A stretch of 24,000 nt of DNA from Bacillus bruguierae (GTDB lineage: Bacteria > Bacillota > Bacilli > Bacillales > Bacillaceae_G): positions 1-24,000 of the forward strand of contig NZ_JBAWSX010000014.1 of NCBI RefSeq assembly GCF_037104725.1, in the 5' to 3' direction. The translations under genes and the position numbers were made by a program. A model generated the notes under the pieces. That model ran no database searches. It was not told the origin of the DNA and saw only the letters and a list, made by a program, of their open reading frames with translations. Positions 15,986 to 23,703 of this stretch are shown here, piece by piece; positions within the stretch are counted from its first letter, which is position 1, and each line of letters starts with the position of its first letter.

Positions 15986-16498
15986 TCACTCCTCATAGTT
16001 TTCCTCCCAATTCCAAGGCCTTCCAGATTCTATTGTTTTGTCATGAGCTGTTCTATAATTAGTCTGGAATATCCCCTCAAATTTTGATTCGAAAATTTCG
16101 TGATCCTTTATATGGGAGTTATTAAAAACATGATCTTTAATCCTTTGTATTCTAGCAACAGAAAAGCCCGTATTTTTAGCGATAGCATTCACATCTTCCG
16201 TTCCTAAATCCCTAAATTTTCCATTTACCTCTTCTGCAATAGCTTCTTCCTTGAAGAACTGCTCTGGGGATATATTTCTTCCACCAGTTTCAGCACATTG
16301 TATAGAATTACCCGTCCCCTTAGCAAGCGAAGCCTCTACACCCTCAATTTTATCATCTATAATCTTTTTACTCTCTATATGATGCTTATCAACCCAGCCA
16401 TGGAAATCTGTACCACCCTGCTTAATTGTTATTACACCATGTTCATTGATTTCAAATCTCTTGGTTTTGGCTGTCATATTATCTATGTTTTGCGGCAT
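15986..16498 (-). CDS. Orphan toxin: G-V-E-A-S-L-A block + C-terminal tip of unrecognised family
   Basis: 'DKIEGVEASLAKG', then a ~105-aa tip ('ARIQRIKDHVFNNSHIKDHEIFESKFEG...RPWNWEENYEE'). The upstream TG remnant (FKTGQLKDRKLGNDKMY) is cut off by an in-frame TAG. Confidence 0.7.
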   Translation of the reverse strand: MPQNIDNMTAKTKRFEINEHGVITIKQGGTDFHGWVDKHHIESKKIIDDKIEGVEASLAKGTGNSIQCAETGGRNISPEQFFKEEAIAEEVNGKFRDLGTEDVNAIAKNTGFSVARIQRIKDHVFNNSHIKDHEIFESKFEGIFQTNYRTAHDKTIESGRPWNWEENYEE

Positions 16499-16540
16499 TC
16501 TTTTACCAAGCTAATACATCTTGTCATTTCCAAGTTTTCT

Positions 16541-16862
16541 ATCTTTAAGCTGACCAGTTTTAAATAAACTAACTATCAGCTTACTTATACGAATCTTTTA
16601 TTTAAAATATCAGTTAAACAAATCATTTTCTTCTAAAACAAAAAGGGCTGTTCCATAAGCGAGTAAAACCAACTTATGGAACAGCCCTTTTATTTTTACT
16701 ATCTATTAATCATGTAATTTGTTTAAAAACTCAGTGAAAGTACTTGCTACATAAAATACATTCTCTCTTGCTACTTCCTCTGCTTCTTCCGCTGTAATCC
16801 CTTCACTTTCCATCAGTGCTTCTTTTTCCCATGCATCTTCATGTTCCCAAAAGACAACAATG
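16541..16862. repeat. Junction module copy 2 (partner 2709-3030)
   Basis: See 2709-3030; the offset is about 13832 nt. Confidence 0.85.
16645..16687 (-). terminator. Terminator hairpin, copy 3 of 3
   Basis: Perfect 15-bp stem GGGCTGTTCCATAAG/CTTATGGAACAGCCC, 18 nt past the SUKH-1 stop. Confidence 0.8.
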
Positions 16863-17194
16863 GGATCTTCTTCATGGTTTTTATAATCAAAGCAAATTAA
16901 ATTTCCTGCTGGATCAAAAGCAAACGGAATCAATTCTTTAGGTAATGTATCGCTGTAGTCATTATATACATCAACTATATACTCGTCACCATTTTCATCA
17001 AAAGATAACAAAGTTCCAAATACTCTTTCACGATTATTCACATTAAATAATTCTGGTTCAACATTAGCACCATTATTTATAGCTACACATTTTATATAAT
17101 CCTTTGGAAATTTGACACCTATGTCATTACCAATTTTTTTTACAAAATCTTCACTTACAGCTTCATCTGCAAATTGCCACTCTACTTTACTCAC
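16706..17194 (-). CDS. SUKH-1 (SMI1/KNR4) family immunity protein, 162 aa
   Basis: 'FPKDYIKCVAINNGA', 'LLSF', 'FDPAGNLICFDY', 'VVFWEHE'. ATGA overlap with the WHH fragment. The C-terminal 50 aa are near-identical to 2874-3362. Confidence 0.9.
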   Translation of the reverse strand: MSKVEWQFADEAVSEDFVKKIGNDIGVKFPKDYIKCVAINNGANVEPELFNVNNRERVFGTLLSFDENGDEYIVDVYNDYSDTLPKELIPFAFDPAGNLICFDYKNHEEDPIVVFWEHEDAWEKEALMESEGITAEEAEEVARENVFYVASTFTEFLNKLHD

Positions 17195-17397
17195 CTAATA
17201 TCATCTCCCCATAATTTATTGCCACCTAAGTGACTTACCTTATGTGTCTTAGACACTACTAACTGCATTTTTCCTGGCACCTGATGATGATACCATGTTA
17301 AATCTAAGATTCGTGGCAATTCCAACTCTATCATCTTTAATTGTTTAGGTGTAAAAATATCTCTCGGTATCTCTCCTTTATTTATTGCTGCTTTCAA
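17191..17397 (-). pseudogene. 5'-truncated WHH-type nuclease tip, signature altered
   Basis: TTG start directly after a TAA. 'DLTWYHHQVPGKMQLV...HKVSHLGGNKLWG'; the first His of W-H-H is Tyr in this copy. Confidence 0.6.
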
Positions 17398-17475
17398 TTA
17401 TCTTATGACCCTTACCATCCTAATCTTCAATCCTTTGACACATTGTTATTACTTCCTTCAATTTCTTTATATGAG

Positions 17476-17517
17476 AAAAAGAGGTAATGTTCTTCATTTA
17501 AAACATCACCTCTTTTT
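17476..17517 (-). terminator. Terminator closing the intact toxin operon
   Basis: 12-bp stem AGAGGTAATGTT/AACATCACCTCT (one G-U) flanked by an A-run and a T-run. First strong hairpin after the immunity gene 17716-18177. Confidence 0.7.
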
Positions 17518-17715
17518 ATAGTTATAATATAAATTTATTTTTTCTTATAGTTATAACCCACTGCATTATCAATAATTATATAATAAGAATTCGTAATAGA
17601 AATCCCTTATTACGAATTCTTGTCTATTTGTTTTTATAGGTCATATAAAAATGCAGCTAATTTATTTATATATTTATAGCAAGTTTAAATTAATAATTCT
17701 TATTATATATCATTA

Positions 17716-18177
17716 TTAAAATATTTTAGGTACCTTAGGGATACATAAACACTCGAGCATCTCTTCAGTATTATCTCCAAATTTAACTAAGCATCCATCA
17801 GTATATCCATAATATTTTTCGCTCGGTGTAATTAATAAAATTAAATTACCTCTATCTGTTTCTCCTACTGGAATTAGTTTTTCTCCAATTTCATCATTAT
17901 ATTCTTCTTCTAAATCCTGAAAATATTCACCATCTAAACAATCTCCAACTGACAGCTTAGGATTAAAATGAATATACTCTTTCATATCAAATGCTGGATT
18001 AGGATCTTGAAAAGTAATTTCCAACATTCCAAATTCAGTTAAAAACTTTTCCGCAGTTTCAAATAAACCAATTCCCCTTTCCTTAAATAAATCTTTTATA
18101 TCGTGTATATCAATCTTTCTATCTTCATACCATCCTGCATTTGTTAGTCTTTCTATTGTAATATCTGATAATTGCAT
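17716..18177 (-). CDS. SUKH-3-like immunity protein, 153 aa, cognate to the full-length toxin
   Basis: RBS AAGGAGAG, 13 nt after the toxin stop. 'LTNAGWYEDRKID...AEKFLTEFGMLEI...IHFNP...KLIPVGETDRGNLILLI...GDNTEEMLECL' fits the SUKH-3 pattern as recalled. Confidence 0.8.
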   Translation of the reverse strand: MQLSDITIERLTNAGWYEDRKIDIHDIKDLFKERGIGLFETAEKFLTEFGMLEITFQDPNPAFDMKEYIHFNPKLSVGDCLDGEYFQDLEEEYNDEIGEKLIPVGETDRGNLILLITPSEKYYGYTDGCLVKFGDNTEEMLECLCIPKVPKIF

Positions 18178-18190
18178 AAAACCACTCTCC

Positions 18191-19813
18191 TTATTCTGCC
18201 GCCTTCATAAATTCACTAAATGTAACCTTACAGTTCTTACAAAAATCTGCAAATTCTCCCGTTTTAAAATTTACAGTTCTAACAAACATATCTTCAATTT
18301 TAGCCCCATCATTAAGTGCTTGATTTACAGCCTGAATTTCTGCGCAATTGTCAACATCCCATTTTTCAAAGCTACCTTTTTCTACATACGGATTATTTAT
18401 ATCTTTTTTTGCTAAATCTTTTGTTCTTTCAATAAGTTTTTGTAAATCTTCATGTAACACTTCAGTCCTACTTGGATTAAACCCTGTTTTACCAGAATAT
18501 CCATAATATATTTTCCCTGTTTTTGTATCTACAATTGCACTTACTTTTGATGGTGCAAATTTTCCTCCTGTTGGTTTTACAATTCCTCCATTTTTAATAT
18601 ATTCAACGTGTTCTGCTAATGCAGTTTTAGAGTCATTTAATGACTTAGATATGATATCAGCATTACTTACTCCCTTACCTGAGCCAACATTCCCTATCCT
18701 CTCCGCAAGCGAAGCCTCAATCCCCTTAATCTCATCAGTCTTTGCAAATCTCCCAGCAATTTCTCCAACTGTTGAGTATTCTGAATAAGGAAGCTTTACT
18801 CCTTCTATTCCAGTATCTGCCCACTTAACTCTTACTGGAATTGGCGTATTTCCCACTGTATTTAGTGCATTTTTTAAAGTATTATTATCTCCCAACGATT
18901 GTACCACATTTTTCCCTTCATTTGGGTTAAAGCCCATTGCTCCCTCTGACGATCTTCCTAATGATCCAATATTTTGGAATCCTTTTACAATTCCTACACC
19001 ACTCGTGATAAACTCGAGGGCACCAGAAACATATCGTTCCGTCCGTTCCCCTTCACTTAATTTCCGATGTGTTCCCCAATCTTCTCCGTCAGAGGCACTT
19101 TTTACTTGGAGCCCCCCAAATATCAGTGATGCTGCAACCCCTAATGGTGGACAAATGAACGTTGCTCCAACTGTTAGAACTCCTAATCCAAAGTCACGAA
19201 ATGCCTCTAGCTGTTTTTGCTCATCCTCTATTGATCTGTATTCAAATCCTCGCGTCGAGGGAACTCGTCTTCTGTACTCTTCATAGTCTAGATTCATGTT
19301 TGGATCTCGTCTTTTCCATTCTTCATACTCCGCACGAAGAACCTCATTAAATGCCTCTGAGTCTCTGAAAATATCATCCACTGTTATTTTCGGTTTTGTT
19401 GTTGTGATGGTTTGCGGTGTGCCACCATAGCTACGTGAATCCACTATAGTTGTCGTTGTAGAACCAATTCGGTTTGTAGTCTCAAAATTTTTAATTGATA
19501 TATCTCTCATTTCTTGTGCAAAGCGATCCATTGTTTCCACAAATGGTTTGTCGATATGTTCATAGACAGCTTGCCCTGCCTGATCACAGTAGCTGTCTAG
19601 ATCTGTATAGGCATTATGTAGTTTACCGATTGTTTCAAGCTGATCTTTATGATGAAAATAAATACTTCGATCTGAATCTAGATCTTGTATCCTTTCCTGT
19701 ATATCTTTTACAAGATTATTAGCTTGGCGTAAGTTTACAAACGTATCTTTTGTGAGCTTGTTCATTCCGTCTTTCATATCTTGCCAAGCCCTTACCTTAT
19801 AACTAACATCCAT
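18191..19813 (-). CDS. Full-length polymorphic toxin, 540 aa: helical N-terminal (LXG-like) domain, pre-toxin TG-like region, YwqJ-like deaminase tip
   Basis: RBS GGGGATGGAG. N-terminal ~115 aa helical. Hydrophobic/Gly-rich 'FGLGVLTVGATFICPPLGVAASLIFGGLQV' followed by 'GEDWGTHRKLSEGER' (TG-type motif). 'IKGIEASLAE' junction. Tip has 'WDVDNCAEIQAVNQAL' ... 'FCKNCKVTF' (C-x-E ... C-x-x-C). Confidence 0.85.
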   Translation of the reverse strand: MDVSYKVRAWQDMKDGMNKLTKDTFVNLRQANNLVKDIQERIQDLDSDRSIYFHHKDQLETIGKLHNAYTDLDSYCDQAGQAVYEHIDKPFVETMDRFAQEMRDISIKNFETTNRIGSTTTTIVDSRSYGGTPQTITTTKPKITVDDIFRDSEAFNEVLRAEYEEWKRRDPNMNLDYEEYRRRVPSTRGFEYRSIEDEQKQLEAFRDFGLGVLTVGATFICPPLGVAASLIFGGLQVKSASDGEDWGTHRKLSEGERTERYVSGALEFITSGVGIVKGFQNIGSLGRSSEGAMGFNPNEGKNVVQSLGDNNTLKNALNTVGNTPIPVRVKWADTGIEGVKLPYSEYSTVGEIAGRFAKTDEIKGIEASLAERIGNVGSGKGVSNADIISKSLNDSKTALAEHVEYIKNGGIVKPTGGKFAPSKVSAIVDTKTGKIYYGYSGKTGFNPSRTEVLHEDLQKLIERTKDLAKKDINNPYVEKGSFEKWDVDNCAEIQAVNQALNDGAKIEDMFVRTVNFKTGEFADFCKNCKVTFSEFMKAAE

Positions 19814-19847
19814 TTTTCTCCATCCCCTATTCCTGTATCAGGTAAAG

Positions 19848-20177
19848 TTACCCTTGAGGTTGTAGTTTATTATGTAATTCTTCATCCTGTTTTCTCATTT
19901 CTTCGCGAACCAGCTCTACAATGGATGCCGCTCGGTTATAATGGTCTGATAGCTCCAATATTTTATTTAATATTTGGGGATATATGTCTATGACTCTCAT
20001 CGCTTCTCCTTCAAGATAGAATTTACATTCTGCTAGACTTTTCGCATTTGTCGCTATAACACCTGTATAAATGTTATATATACTTTGAAAACGTCTTATA
20101 ATCTCTTCTATCTCATCGTAATTCATTACAATTTCTGAACTACTACTTGCACTGCCATCTCCCATTGGTACTTGCAT
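19848..20177 (-). CDS. 109-aa helical-hairpin partner protein (WXG100-like/Lap-like, no WxG)
   Basis: ATG overlaps the upstream stop (TAATG) with AGGAGGAA as RBS. Predicted two-helix protein with a central 'YLEGEA' turn. Confidence 0.8.
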   Translation of the reverse strand: MQVPMGDGSASSSSEIVMNYDEIEEIIRRFQSIYNIYTGVIATNAKSLAECKFYLEGEAMRVIDIYPQILNKILELSDHYNRAASIVELVREEMRKQDEELHNKLQPQG

Positions 20178-20908
20178 TAATGGATTCCTCCTAACGAGAA
20201 TTGTCTTGGATCGCTTATTTTCTTATACGGCATTTTTAAAACATCATATAACTTCTTATTCACCGCATACAGACTAGCCCATTCATAACGCTTACGGTCT
20301 ACTTCAATTTGAATAAAGTCTTCCCCCTCTGTAAAGTACAAGAAGCATTCCCATTTCCCGCTATCTCCTGCTCTTCGATTTCGCGGGCGAGAAAACGTTT
20401 CAATAGCTAATAGATCTTTTTCAGATAAATCCATTTCCTCGAATGTTCGCTGCTCCTTTTCTGTCATTTTCTTTGTAAAAAAAGTATCTTCGATTTCTCT
20501 TGGTTCTCGCATTAAAAACGGAATCCGTTCTAATAATGAAAAATATACATCTCGCTTCGCTATGTAATGAATTTCATATTCTTCATTTTGTTTTCGTTCT
20601 GTTAAGACAGCGACTCTATCTTTATCTTGTGGTAAAAATCCAATTAATAGATTATTAATTCGCGTATATTCTTGGCTTTCTTGATATGCCTTCAGTAATT
20701 CAATCAACTGAAAAGCCGCTGGTGTCAGTCCATTATTCTCCGTAATAAGCCCTTTCTCTTTCAACTTCACTGTCGCCTTCGTTACACATCCTTCATCAGT
20801 TAAAGTAAGAATTCCACGCTCTTGTAGGCCGAATATGTATGTAACTCCAGCTGCACCAGCTAATATGTACAGTTCAGCAGGTGTAAAGCTCCACGTATCT
20901 TTTCCCAT
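20177..20908 (-). CDS. 243-aa operon protein, candidate adaptor/chaperone (DUF5081-like by recall)
   Basis: RBS AAGGAGG. The N-terminus 'WSFTPAELYILAGAAGVTYIFGL' is reminiscent of the N-terminal motif of EspG-type secretion chaperones. No catalytic motif seen. Confidence 0.8.
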   Translation of the reverse strand: MGKDTWSFTPAELYILAGAAGVTYIFGLQERGILTLTDEGCVTKATVKLKEKGLITENNGLTPAAFQLIELLKAYQESQEYTRINNLLIGFLPQDKDRVAVLTERKQNEEYEIHYIAKRDVYFSLLERIPFLMREPREIEDTFFTKKMTEKEQRTFEEMDLSEKDLLAIETFSRPRNRRAGDSGKWECFLYFTEGEDFIQIEVDRKRYEWASLYAVNKKLYDVLKMPYKKISDPRQFSLGGIH

Positions 20909-20928
20909 CCGTTTTTACCTCCTTTCTA

Positions 20929-21234
20929 TTACAATCTTTTTATCTTTTCCACTTCAATTCTATTTGCAAATGATTGAATGCTCTCATCCAGCTCTTTCAA
21001 GGCTTTTGTTTGTCCTTCAAGCACAGTTGCAACTTTAGCATTATACTGAATGAGCACATCTAAATAGCATAAAAAAGCATCGTTTGTTTTCCCGCTCCAA
21101 CGAGTACCTGTCACATATGATTGTAAAGCTTTAGCCTGCTCGAGCGAATCTTTCACACCCTTTTCAATTTGCTCTGCATAAGAGATGGCACTTGATATTT
21201 CACTTCCATGAATCTCAACGTCTTGACTACGCAT
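20929..21234 (-). CDS. WXG100-like small secreted/partner protein, 101 aa
   Basis: RBS GGGGGAA. Central W46-S47-G48 ('GTRWSGKTNDAF') between two predicted helices, the hallmark length and geometry of WXG100/Lap1-type proteins. Confidence 0.8.
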   Translation of the reverse strand: MRSQDVEIHGSEISSAISYAEQIEKGVKDSLEQAKALQSYVTGTRWSGKTNDAFLCYLDVLIQYNAKVATVLEGQTKALKELDESIQSFANRIEVEKIKRL

Positions 21235-21304
21235 GTTCTTATTCCCCCATTTCCTTCAATACATTTCCTTATATTCACATCGCTTTGCCGATTATTTATA
21301 CTTT

Positions 21305-21703
21305 TCAGCCTCCCAAAAGTTTCTTTAACGCTTCAGCTGTCTCTCTATCTTCCGCATCTGCTTTCGCTTTATATTCCGCCCATTTGTGATACGCCTTATC
21401 TTTCGCAGATGTAACATCATCTAATGTTTTTTCGAAGTAACGTATCAGCTCAGCTAGTTCTGAATCCTTTTCTCGTCGTTTTCCCACAAACTCACGGGAT
21501 GGTATTTTATCTTGTGGTAATTCTTGACCCGTTCCCTCATAAGCTGTCTTTGCAGATCCAACATCGTGCATTACTTTTTTTAACTCACTTTCTTTACCCT
21601 TTAAATATTCGTACAATTTATCGTAATTATCACGCTTTCTTTCACTATCCGTATACCCGATATGAAGTAAGTTACCGACGGAATCTATGAAGTTCTCTGC
21701 CAT
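21305..21703 (-). CDS. 132-aa helical first gene of the operon (YwqH/Lap-like by position)
   Basis: RBS AAAGGGGG. Charged coiled-coil-like sequence. First gene after a 450-bp intergenic region. Confidence 0.75.
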   Translation of the reverse strand: MAENFIDSVGNLLHIGYTDSERKRDNYDKLYEYLKGKESELKKVMHDVGSAKTAYEGTGQELPQDKIPSREFVGKRREKDSELAELIRYFEKTLDDVTSAKDKAYHKWAEYKAKADAEDRETAEALKKLLGG

Positions 21704-21993
21704 ATTTGTTCCCCCTTTATTTCCTGCAAAAAAAGAAGATATTTTCCCGATAATTCCCTATCATTCTATTTTAGAATTACATTTGAAAATTTCCCCATAT
21801 AAGGAATCTTTTTTATATCGATATTTTATCAAAAACTAGCAGCTGTTTCACTATTTATTAAGATGAAATGCTTCACTATTTCTCCTCTCTTCTTTCGAGT
21901 TACAAAATAATGTGAAACTTTAATTAGTAAGGGCTTCTTCATACCTACTGATAATTAGTCCAACCAATCCGTTTTTTACAGGTAGTTGAGTAA

Positions 21994-22040
21994 AAAAGAA
22001 GATAACTCCCTACTATATAAATAGGAAGTTATCTTCTTTT
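21994..22040 (-). terminator. Terminator of the M60 peptidase gene
   Basis: 14-bp perfect stem AAAAGAAGATAACT/AGTTATCTTCTTTT with an inner mini-stem. The minus strand is followed by TTTTTT. Confidence 0.7.
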
Positions 22041-22150
22041 TGATTTCAGCAGCTTCTTTTCTGACCAATCTTGTCTTAAGAGACATGCCACGTTGTAATC
22101 GTTCACTTTTTATCGATTACATTACGAGCTGGACCACGTACTCGCCTTCA

Positions 22151-23560
22151 TTATTTTCTTTGACCATACGCGGCTGTTGGTTTAACAGGTTTCGCATCTG
22201 TCGCTTCCCATATAGGGGCAGTTAATGTTGGATAGTTTAAAGCTTCTACTTTTTTTCTCGTTTCTGGTGATGCTTTTAGTCCCCATTGATCAAAAAATGG
22301 AAGTACATTTTGTCTCGCTACTTTTGATGTATTGTAAATAAATGCTTGTATTTTATCTTCATTCGTTTCTGGAAGTTTGTCTTTTGGTAACTCTCGATAT
22401 AGTTTGTGAAGATTTGGATAGAAATCTTCACCATATGCTAAATGAAGTTGCCAAAACATAGCGACTTTCACAAATGGGTCATTAATCTTTTCATATTCTT
22501 TATCTGTTTGTTTTAAGTATTGAAAGGCTCTGTCATAATCCCCTTCTTTTTCTAAACGTGTTGGTTGACCTGGGAATAATTGTTTTTGTGCAGCTAAAGA
22601 GTATATATTAACATTGACTTCAACTACTCCATCCCACGTCCAAGGGTATTGTTGTCTTGTATGCCCTGCTTCATGCATTTGTCCCCATCCAAATTCATTT
22701 ACATCTAAAGCACTTTTAATTGCGTCATAAGCAGTAGTAAATACGACTCCATCCCGACCTGCATACATGTACATGCCAGGTGGATTATTAGGGTTTTCCA
22801 CGAAATTCCAAAGGCGGCGAGTTGAGCGATGTAACGGATTAGAACTTGTTTCAGATAGCCCTGATAATTTATCTTGTACTAGAATCATGTCATCATATTT
22901 TTTTAATAAAGGAACAGGATCTTGATCCACAATATATTTTTTCGCACTATCACGAGTAACAGTAAGTACCGCTCGTTTTGATTTCAATTGTACAGCGGGT
23001 GCATCTGGATACTTTTCCATCATCGCAATCCAGTCTTGTTTCGTATGCTTCCCTAATTCAAAGAATGGAACAGGGCTCCCGCCTTGTGTTACTTTCACCT
23101 TAACTGTTCCTTTTCCTTCACAGTTATCAAATCCCAATAAACCACCGTTTGGAGAAGAGATTGTGTTAGAACCAGAAGAAAGACGAAATACTTTTCCACC
23201 TTCTTTATCATATTCATTTGTCCCAATCGTTGCTCCAAGCTTATCTAGTCCTGATAATCCCGATACTTCAATTGTAACTTGTTCATTCGGTTTTACATAG
23301 ATTCCTGTTGGCGTATAGTTTCTTTGCTCGCTTCTTCTTTCTCTTGCTGCTTCACCCATATAATGTCCTGTACTTGGAAGTTCAAACTTCTTCTCTTCAT
23401 ATTGCGTCTGGGTTTGCGTAGTTTCAGCATGAACATTCAAACTATTTACATTGATAGATGTAAATAATGTCGTTGTCAAAACAGCAGATGTCATCAATAC
23501 TTTCATTGGTTTTTGTGATTTACGATTCTTTCCCCTATTCAAATAAATCAATCCTTTCAT
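22151..23560 (-). CDS. Secreted M60 (enhancin-like) zinc metallopeptidase, 469 aa
   Basis: HExxH motif 'GQMHEAGHTRQ'. Signal-peptide-like 'MKVLMTSAVLTTTLFTSINVNSLNVHAE' (an alternative start is the ATG at 23506). An enhancin-like PlcR-regulon protease is known in the B. cereus group, but identity with it is not established here. Confidence 0.9.
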   Translation of the reverse strand: MKGLIYLNRGKNRKSQKPMKVLMTSAVLTTTLFTSINVNSLNVHAETTQTQTQYEEKKFELPSTGHYMGEAARERRSEQRNYTPTGIYVKPNEQVTIEVSGLSGLDKLGATIGTNEYDKEGGKVFRLSSGSNTISSPNGGLLGFDNCEGKGTVKVKVTQGGSPVPFFELGKHTKQDWIAMMEKYPDAPAVQLKSKRAVLTVTRDSAKKYIVDQDPVPLLKKYDDMILVQDKLSGLSETSSNPLHRSTRRLWNFVENPNNPPGMYMYAGRDGVVFTTAYDAIKSALDVNEFGWGQMHEAGHTRQQYPWTWDGVVEVNVNIYSLAAQKQLFPGQPTRLEKEGDYDRAFQYLKQTDKEYEKINDPFVKVAMFWQLHLAYGEDFYPNLHKLYRELPKDKLPETNEDKIQAFIYNTSKVARQNVLPFFDQWGLKASPETRKKVEALNYPTLTAPIWEATDAKPVKPTAAYGQRK

Positions 23561-23703
23561 TCCAATCCGTTCTAACGTTTATACAAAACGTCGATTTTCT
23601 CACTAAGACAATAACTATAGCAACTTCTTAAACTTACTTATTCCTTCTCTCTTATTTCATACACGTAAAAATTATACCTACATACCATTATATAATATAT
23701 AAA

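Noticed and set aside
2814-16687. Recurring near-identical hairpin sequences (three copies) considered as CRISPR-like or REP-like repeats
   Set aside because: The copies are 5-9 kb apart. Each sits right after a stop codon with flanking A/T runs, and they are embedded in larger duplicated junction modules. They are terminators carried along by cassette duplication, not a CRISPR array.
111-21690. Plus-strand ORFs of 60-119 aa in the track (e.g. 111-395, 1692-1877, 4890-5117, 7409-7698, 8802-9092, 10285-10652, 11254-11556, 12665-12970, 13650-13853, 14626-14973, 16298-16567, 19005-19350, 19495-19993, 20835-21038, 21192-21690)
   Set aside because: All lie antisense to well-supported minus-strand genes or IS sequence. 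They lack RBSs, and their low-complexity Leu/Phe/Ser/Ile-rich compositions are typical of antisense reading of AT-rich genes.
21704-21993. Attempt to call the sigma-A promoter of the toxin operon
   Set aside because: Several weak -35/-10-like hexamers exist, but none has good consensus and 17-nt spacing. It cannot be supported without transcript data.
22040-22225. 61-aa plus-strand ORF between the terminator and the end of the M60 gene
   Set aside because: It overlaps the 3' end of the strongly supported M60 gene in antisense and starts inside the terminator stem.
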